A stretch of 32,315 nucleotides of DNA, taken from Candidatus Aminicenantes bacterium (GTDB lineage: Bacteria; Acidobacteriota; Aminicenantia; Aminicenantales; Saccharicenantaceae). Positions 26,567 to 32,315 of the stretch are shown piece by piece (within the stretch, counting starts at the first letter, position 1; every line of letters begins with the position of its first letter). The DNA is taken from assembly GCA_046496285.1 (NCBI GenBank), contig JAWOHF010000262.1, positions 1-32,315 of the forward strand. Reading direction: 5' to 3'. The position numbers and the translations under genes were made by a program. The notes beneath the pieces are model-generated. The model was given only the letters and a program-made list of their open reading frames with translations. It did not search any database and was not told the origin of the DNA.

Positions 26567-27403
26567 TTGGAACGTTGGTCCTTTAGGACGCTGTCTTTAC
26601 TCGCTTTCGGGGCCGTCTGCGCAGGTCTCTTTGGTCAGTTCAGGCCCGATGAGCTCGCCCGGAGGGACGCTCAGGAAGAGCTCTTGAGGACGGCCGAGAT
26701 CGTCCGTTCCGAGGACATCGGCCAGGGGGTGACCAAGCCCTTCAAGCTGTTCCTCAAGAAGGGCGATTGGGAATCCGCGGCCTGCTGGAAAAACCCGAGC
26801 GGGGTGATGGACGGCGCCTTGGAGGGCTGGCAGTACGAGATCGCCGCCTACCGGCTGGACAAGCTCATCGGCTTGAACATGATCCCGCCCGCCGTGGAGC
26901 GGGATTTCGAAGGCCGGCCCGGGGCCCTCATCCTTTGGGCCGAGAACAAGTACAGCCTGGAAGATCTCTTCGATCACCGCATCCGCATCCCCGACTCGGC
27001 CCAGGACCACACCCAAAAAATGAATTGGCTGGCCCGCGCCTGGGACAGCCTCATCGCCAACGAGGACCGGACCCAGCAGAACATCCTCTACACCGAGGAC
27101 TGGCGGATGGTTCTCATCGACCATTCGCGCTCGTTCCGCTCGACCCGGAAATTCGCCGAGAGGCTGATGTTCGGCAAGAGGGGCCTGAAGATGTCCCAGC
27201 AAGGGAACCCGTTCCTGTTCAGGCGCCTGCCCCGCTGGTTCGTTGAAAAGGCCTCCGGTCTGTCGTTCGAATCGGTCAAAGCCGCCGTGGGCGAATACCT
27301 CACGGACAAGGAGATCCGGGCGATCCTCGCCCGGCGGGACCTTCTTCTCGAAGAGGTCGACGAGATGGTCCGGGAACAAGGCGAGGCCGCCGTCCTGTAC
27401 TGA
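26567..27403 (+). CDS. Exported PI3/4-kinase/Fam20-like atypical kinase
   Basis: TTG start 8 nt after GGAGG; leader LSLLAFGAVCAGLFG; Gly-loop IGQGVT, Lys (CWKN), Glu (YEIAAY), catalytic loop NEDRTQQN, metal-binding LIDHS. Confidence 0.7.
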   Translation: MERWSFRTLSLLAFGAVCAGLFGQFRPDELARRDAQEELLRTAEIVRSEDIGQGVTKPFKLFLKKGDWESAACWKNPSGVMDGALEGWQYEIAAYRLDKLIGLNMIPPAVERDFEGRPGALILWAENKYSLEDLFDHRIRIPDSAQDHTQKMNWLARAWDSLIANEDRTQQNILYTEDWRMVLIDHSRSFRSTRKFAERLMFGKRGLKMSQQGNPFLFRRLPRWFVEKASGLSFESVKAAVGEYLTDKEIRAILARRDLLLEEVDEMVREQGEAAVLY

Positions 27404-27462
27404 AGGCCTCTGGAGGATATCCGATGGCCGAGCCATCGACCGGATCAGCGAGGGAGGCAAGA

Positions 27463-28353
27463 ATGAAGAGAACCGCCGTTCTCGTCGTGCTGTCAGCGGC
27501 CGTCATCATCGGCGGCCTGACCTCCGCGTCCTTGTCCCAGGCTTCGTGCCTTGGGCCGGAATCCGACGCTCCCGCGTCGACGGCCGCAGCTCCCCAGTTC
27601 ACGGCCGAGGAGCTCGCCGGGCGGGAGAAGTGGGAGGACTTCCTGAGGACCGCCGAGGTCCTGAAGAGCGAGCAGATGCAGGGCTCCCTGGCCGTCACCC
27701 GGCCCTGGGTCCTGAACCTGAAAAAGGACGAGGTGACCAGCCGGGCCCTGTGGAAGAACGCCCAAGGCCGGATGGGGGGGTTCTGGGAAGGCTGGAACTA
27801 CGAGATCGCCGCCTACCTCCTCGACAAGCTCCTCGGGCTCCACATGGTCCCTCCCACGGTCGAACGCCGCTTCCGGAATGACCGGGGATCCTGCCAGCTC
27901 TGGATCGAGGACACCATCACGGTCCGCGAGAAGGAGAAGAAGAACCTCAAGCTCCCGTCTTACCGGATCGGCTACTGGAACCGGGCCCTGTACCTGCAGA
28001 GGTTCTGGGACAACCTCATCGCCAACGAGGACCGGCATCAGAACCAGATCCTGATCACCTCCGATTGGCGCATGATCCTCATCGACCATTCCCGCTCGTT
28101 CCGGAGCTCGGGGAAGTTCACCAAGAGCCTCATCTACTCGGAAAGGCACCGGGAAGGCCCCAAGCTCATGAGCGAGCTCCCGCGGGCGCTCGTGGAAAAG
28201 CTCAAATCCCTGGATTTCGGCGCCGTCCAAGCGGCCGTGGGAGAATACCTGACGGAGGACGAGATCCAGGCCGTCATCCTCCGGAGGGACCTCATCCTCA
28301 AAGAGGTCGACAAGCTCATCGCCATCAACGGGGAGGACAAGGTCCTCTACTGA
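27463..28353 (+). CDS. Exported PI3/4-kinase/Fam20-like atypical kinase, paralogue
   Basis: GGAGG ribosome-binding site; leader MKRTAVLVVLSAAVIIGGL; ALWKN, YEIAAY, VPPTV, NEDRHQNQ and LIDHSRSF motifs. Confidence 0.7.
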   Translation: MKRTAVLVVLSAAVIIGGLTSASLSQASCLGPESDAPASTAAAPQFTAEELAGREKWEDFLRTAEVLKSEQMQGSLAVTRPWVLNLKKDEVTSRALWKNAQGRMGGFWEGWNYEIAAYLLDKLLGLHMVPPTVERRFRNDRGSCQLWIEDTITVREKEKKNLKLPSYRIGYWNRALYLQRFWDNLIANEDRHQNQILITSDWRMILIDHSRSFRSSGKFTKSLIYSERHREGPKLMSELPRALVEKLKSLDFGAVQAAVGEYLTEDEIQAVILRRDLILKEVDKLIAINGEDKVLY

Positions 28354-28790
28354 ACCGCCGGCGGCTCCGTCGGCAGCTTCTTGAAGATCGTCAGGATGTT
28401 CTGACCGTCTTCCCTGCGGTAGGTGAAGCCGTCCATAAGCGTCTTGAAAAGGTAGACCCCGAGGCCCCCGCCCTGACCGTTCCGAACCTTGGCCAGAAGG
28501 TCCGGGTCCGGCTTGCTGGCCGGGTCGAACGGCACGCCGCGGTCCCGGATCTCGATGCAGACGCTTGCGCCGCAGCGCCACAGCCGGACCGAGAGTCTGC
28601 CCGCCGCGCCTTCCGGATAGGCGTGCATGACGATGTTGACGCAGATCTCGTGGAGCGAGAGCTCGATCGGCAGGATATCGTGATCGGCGACCGGCTGGCC
28701 GAGCAGGAAATCGCGGAGGAAGCCGCGGACGCGATCGACCTCCTCGAGGCCGGCCCGGACGGTCAGCTCCCGCACGTCTTTCTGGGCCAT
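28347..28790 (-). CDS. RsbW-like anti-sigma factor / serine kinase (HATPase_c_2)
   Basis: N-box EICVNIVMHAY, G1 IRDRG, G2 GGLGVYL. Overlaps the convergent kinase stop by 7 nt. Confidence 0.85.
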   Translation of the reverse strand: MAQKDVRELTVRAGLEEVDRVRGFLRDFLLGQPVADHDILPIELSLHEICVNIVMHAYPEGAAGRLSVRLWRCGASVCIEIRDRGVPFDPASKPDPDLLAKVRNGQGGGLGVYLFKTLMDGFTYRREDGQNILTIFKKLPTEPPAVQ

Positions 28791-28812
28791 CGGGCCACCC
28801 CTTCCTCGGGTC

Positions 28813-30510
28813 TCACGCCTTCCTCTTGACCACGACGAGGGTCATGTCGTCGCCGGCCTCGGCGCACCCTGTGAAGCCGAAGGCGGTCTCGTAGACTGTT
28901 TCCATGATGGCGCCTGCCGGAAGTGCGGAGGCGGCCCTGAGGACGTCGGCGAGCCGTTCCTCCCCGAACTGCTCCTTGTCCTTCGTCCGGCCTTCGACGA
29001 TGCCGTCCGTGTAGAGGCAGAGGATGTCGCCGGGCGCGAAAGACACCGTCCTTTCCCCGTAGCTCTGCGAGCCGAACATGCCCAAGCAGAGGCCCGTGCT
29101 CTCCAGCCGACTGGCCAGGCCCCGGCTGTCCAAGTGCAGAGGCGGGTTGTGCCCGGCGTTGACGTAGGTCAGCTCATGTTTGCCCCGGTCCACGACGCCG
29201 AGGAAGAAGGAAATGAAAATGTGGCTGTCCGAGCTCGAATGGACATAGTCGTTGAGCTTGGCCGTAAGTTCCCCCAGATTGAGGGTGACCGGGAATTTCT
29301 CGTTGAGGGCGCCCCTCAGCTGGGCCATGAACAGAGCGGCACTGACCCCCGTGCCGGAGACGTCCGCGACGACGATCCCCAACCGGCCGTCGTCGATCGG
29401 CAGGTAATCGTAATAGTCGCCGCCGACATGGTGGCAGGCCCGCATGCTTCCGGAGATGTCGTAGGGCTCGAACGACGGGTCCGTCTTGGGCAGGAAGTTC
29501 TTCTGGATCTCGCCGGCCGTCTTCAGCTCCTGCTCCATCTGGATCATCCTCATGGAATCCTCGTAGAGCCGGGCGTTCTCGATCTTGACCGCGGCCAGGT
29601 TGGCCAGCAGGGTCAGGAGCCGCAGGTCCTCCGGCGTGAACTGCTCGACGAGGGAGGCCCGATCGGCGTAGATGAGCCCGATGATCTCCATGTTGTTCCA
29701 GAGAGGGATGCACATGGCCGAATGGATCTGGGCCTGGATGACGCTGGCCTGTCCCCCGAATCTCTCGTCGGCCAGGATGTCGGAGATGAGGATGGCCGAG
29801 TTCTTTTCGATGGCCGTCCGGACGATGGTCTCGCTGACGGCGATGTTCTGGGTCCTCAGGGCGCTGCTCTGGACGCGGACGACCTTAGGGACGAGCTGCT
29901 CGTTCACCGGGTCCTTAAGCATGAGAACCCCCCGGTCCATGGGGAGATACTGGATGAGGACGTCCATGATGTGGTTGAGGAGCTTGTCGAGGGGCATGTG
30001 ATAGATGAGGGCCTGGCTGACCTCCCCCATGACCGCGATCATCTTCTGGTCCTGCTGGAGGCGCTCCAGGTCGAGCCCTCCGCCGGGCGTCTTGAAGCTC
30101 CCGATCGAGGGCGGTTTCCTCAGGATGTCCTTGACCTGGACGATCGTGTTCGATCCCTGGGCGGAGGTCGTGTCCTGCACGATCTCGAAACTGCTCTGGA
30201 AATCCCGGTCGAAATAGATCTTCGTCGAGCCGATGAGGATCTCGTCCCCCCGGGCGAGCATGACCTCCCCGGTCACCCGCCGGCCGTTGACGAACGTGCC
30301 GTTCTTGCTGCCGTGGTCGAGGAGGGCGAACCCCTTTTCGGTCTGGAAGATGGAAGCGTGACAGCCGGAGCTGAAGTGATCGGAGAGGACCAGGTCGTTG
30401 GTCGCCGCGCGGCCGATGCCGATCCTCTGGGCGCCGAGGGGCAGGGTGAAGGGGTCCCCCGTTTTCGGATACACGTGGAGATCAGGCATGAACGGCTTTT
30501 CCTGTTTCAT
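28813..30510 (-). CDS. FHA + GAF + SpoIIE/RsbU PP2C phosphatase
   Basis: FHA (IGR, SGCHA, SKNGTFVNG), GAF (SAMCIPL, GLIYAD) and PP2C (VGGDYYD, DVSGTG, NAGHNPP, YTDG, DDMT) motifs. Confidence 0.9.
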   Translation of the reverse strand: MKQEKPFMPDLHVYPKTGDPFTLPLGAQRIGIGRAATNDLVLSDHFSSGCHASIFQTEKGFALLDHGSKNGTFVNGRRVTGEVMLARGDEILIGSTKIYFDRDFQSSFEIVQDTTSAQGSNTIVQVKDILRKPPSIGSFKTPGGGLDLERLQQDQKMIAVMGEVSQALIYHMPLDKLLNHIMDVLIQYLPMDRGVLMLKDPVNEQLVPKVVRVQSSALRTQNIAVSETIVRTAIEKNSAILISDILADERFGGQASVIQAQIHSAMCIPLWNNMEIIGLIYADRASLVEQFTPEDLRLLTLLANLAAVKIENARLYEDSMRMIQMEQELKTAGEIQKNFLPKTDPSFEPYDISGSMRACHHVGGDYYDYLPIDDGRLGIVVADVSGTGVSAALFMAQLRGALNEKFPVTLNLGELTAKLNDYVHSSSDSHIFISFFLGVVDRGKHELTYVNAGHNPPLHLDSRGLASRLESTGLCLGMFGSQSYGERTVSFAPGDILCLYTDGIVEGRTKDKEQFGEERLADVLRAASALPAGAIMETVYETAFGFTGCAEAGDDMTLVVVKRKA

Positions 30511-30528
30511 TGTAGTCCACCGGATAGG

Positions 30529-32315
30529 TCATTTCAACCTCGAGCGAGCGGAGGTCTGGCGGAGCTCCGGGAGGACCTTCCTCAGTCGGGCGGCCCGTTC
30601 CGAGGGGGGCAGGTCCTCGATGAGCGGGAAGAGCATCGATTTGAGGTCGCGGTCCAGGATGTTGTCGAGCAACTCCAGGGTATAGTCGACCGACTTCCGC
30701 GTGCCCTGGAGGATGTTCTGGTAGGCCTTGACGATGTCCTCGGCCGGATGGATGAGCGTCAGCAGATCGAAGACGCGCTTGATCTTGATGTCCAGGAGGG
30801 CCTGGGCTCGAGTATCGGCCCCGGGCCGCCCCATCCCCGGAAGGACTTCCTCGAGAAAGATCTCATAGCCGCGTTTGATCAGGAACAGGATCTCCGGCCG
30901 GACCTTGCCGGCCTTGAATCGGACTTCCGGCCGGACGGCACGGATCTTGTAGAGGGCTTCGACGATGTCGGCTTCCAGGTCCTCCTGGCGGCGGGCGAGT
31001 TCGACCAGGAGGATATCCGCGCTTCTCTGTGTCCCGAACCGTGACAGGATCTCGGGGATGGCCTTGCGCGCGTCCGGGGACCCGTTCCGGTCCTGGAGAG
31101 CTTCCTTCAAGATGTCCTCGAGGGCCGGGCCGTAGGCCGCGAGGGCGGTTTGGGCGTCCTGAAGGGTCAGCGGGTTCTCCAAGTGGCGGAGGACGAGGGG
31201 GACATGCTCCCTGCGCCTGTGGACGGCGACGCCGCCGAGGGCGTAGGTCACGACTTGAGAGGACGGGTCCCGCAGGAGAAGCCCGAGGATCCTCATGGCT
31301 TCGGGCGTCGGCTGCATCATCCCCACGAGCTTGGCCGCCTCCATGCGATCGATATCGGATTCGGACCCGGCAATCCCCTCGAGACTCTTTTCCATGACCG
31401 TCTTGTAATCGTCCGAGGCGAAGACCTTGCGGACCTCGGCCTCGAAGTCCTTGTCGGCGATGGCCTCCTCGAAGCCCCGGAAAAAGACCTCGCCGCCGAC
31501 GTCGAGCAGGCAATCCAGCGACCGGGCCCTGAGCTCGTCCTGCTTGAAGCCGAGGAGCTCCTTGAGCTCGGGGCTCAGGCTGCCTTTGCGGATGAGATCG
31601 AAGATGTTCATGATGTAGAGGGTCGTGCTCCTGTCCCGGCTCTCCAGGGCGTCGATGACGCGACCGGTCAAATCCACATCGACGTTATCCTTCACGGCCT
31701 TGTTGGCGTCGATCCATTTCCGGCTCAGGTCCTTCTTCAGGACGCTCGGATAGAGCCCGTAGACGACGACGATCAGAACGATCCACAGGACGATGAACCC
31801 CAGGACCAGAAAGCCGATCTCCCGGACCTGGGTGGAAGCCGGTTTGAAGGCGAAATGGGAGACATGGAAGAGAAGCAGGAACAGGCCGGCGCCGAGGCCG
31901 ACGGCGAACTTGTTGACGAACATGTCGATGAAGATCTTGGCCCGATACTTGATGTCTTCGGAAACGGGGATATAGAGGAGCTCCCGGACCGACTGGCTGA
32001 CCGTGTTGTCGAAGATCTTGTCGCTTCCCCGGACGAAGATGGCCCAGAAGAGGAACAGGCCGGCCGGCAGGAGGAAGATCGAGATCGATCCGAGGAACAG
32101 AAAGACCGGGGCGACCAGGAGGGCCAGGCGGATGCCGAAGTTCCTCAGCACCCGACCCGTCGCGGCCCAGTGGAACACGGCCGAGAGAAGGAGGACCCCC
32201 AGGTAAAAATTTCCCAGGAACGAGGTCCGGCCGATGTCGGACTCATAAAAAAAATCCCTGACCACGATCTTGAACTGGAAATTGATGAGCGATCCCGCAA
32301 CCATGGCCGAGGCCA
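30529..32315 (-). CDS. NTT/TLC-family transporter fused to HEAT repeats (5' end outside window)
   Basis: ELLYIPVSEDIKYRAKIFIDMFVNK and hydrophobic segments, followed by helical HEAT-like repeats (LLRDPSSQVV, ALAAYG). The frame is open to the window end. Confidence 0.8.
   Translation of the reverse strand, partial: ASAMVAGSLINFQFKIVVRDFFYESDIGRTSFLGNFYLGVLLLSAVFHWAATGRVLRNFGIRLALLVAPVFLFLGSISIFLLPAGLFLFWAIFVRGSDKIFDNTVSQSVRELLYIPVSEDIKYRAKIFIDMFVNKFAVGLGAGLFLLLFHVSHFAFKPASTQVREIGFLVLGFIVLWIVLIVVVYGLYPSVLKKDLSRKWIDANKAVKDNVDVDLTGRVIDALESRDRSTTLYIMNIFDLIRKGSLSPELKELLGFKQDELRARSLDCLLDVGGEVFFRGFEEAIADKDFEAEVRKVFASDDYKTVMEKSLEGIAGSESDIDRMEAAKLVGMMQPTPEAMRILGLLLRDPSSQVVTYALGGVAVHRRREHVPLVLRHLENPLTLQDAQTALAAYGPALEDILKEALQDRNGSPDARKAIPEILSRFGTQRSADILLVELARRQEDLEADIVEALYKIRAVRPEVRFKAGKVRPEILFLIKRGYEIFLEEVLPGMGRPGADTRAQALLDIKIKRVFDLLTLIHPAEDIVKAYQNILQGTRKSVDYTLELLDNILDRDLKSMLFPLIEDLPPSERAARLRKVLPELRQTSARSRLK

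Noticed and set aside
26567-28353. HipA-type toxin-antitoxin or defence kinase module
   Set aside because: No HipB-like HTH or HIRAN partner, and both proteins have export-like leaders.
17336-31044. Long antisense or alternate-frame ORFs (e.g. 17336-19210, 20007-21593, 23249-25099, 29134-31044)
   Set aside because: Shadows of high-GC codon usage in genuine genes; no motifs or ribosome-binding sites.
1-32315. tRNA, rRNA, riboswitch, integrase or integron attC sites
   Set aside because: None recognised by eye. An Infernal/Rfam or IntegronFinder scan would be needed to exclude weak hits.

Overview
GC-rich bacterial window. The gene content (diderm outer-membrane protein, MacB/FtsX permease, beta-propeller lipoprotein, many TlpA proteins) resembles an anaerobic Aminicenantes/Acidobacteriota-like organism, but that taxonomy is inference only. 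It falls into four blocks. (1) 1-4571: a PHP-fold (CehA/McbA-type) metallohydrolase, a TlpA / 44-aa CxxC microprotein / membrane 4Fe-4S operon, and an outer-membrane beta-barrel. (2) ~4900-17290: an accessory region of exported proteins littered with pieces of an IS91/ISCR-type rolling-circle transposase. It also holds repeated oriIS-like ends with outward promoters, an in-frame transposase-subtilase chimera, and ends in a diverged 280-bp tlpA fragment. (3) 17294-23120: housekeeping genes xylB, a URO-D-family gene, glnA and namZ, with a REP/MITE-like inverted repeat. (4) 23155-32315, the best candidate for an undescribed system: an operon with a signal-peptide-bearing Shewanella-like phosphatase fused to a pseudokinase, an NTT/TLC-family (ATP/ADP translocase-like) transporter and two signal-peptide-bearing PI3/4-kinase/Fam20-like kinases. 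It converges on an operon with a second NTT (HEAT-fused), an FHA-GAF-PP2C phosphatase and an RsbW-like kinase. This suggests an extracytoplasmic phosphorylation circuit with its own nucleotide supply. All family calls come from motif recognition by eye; no searches were run.
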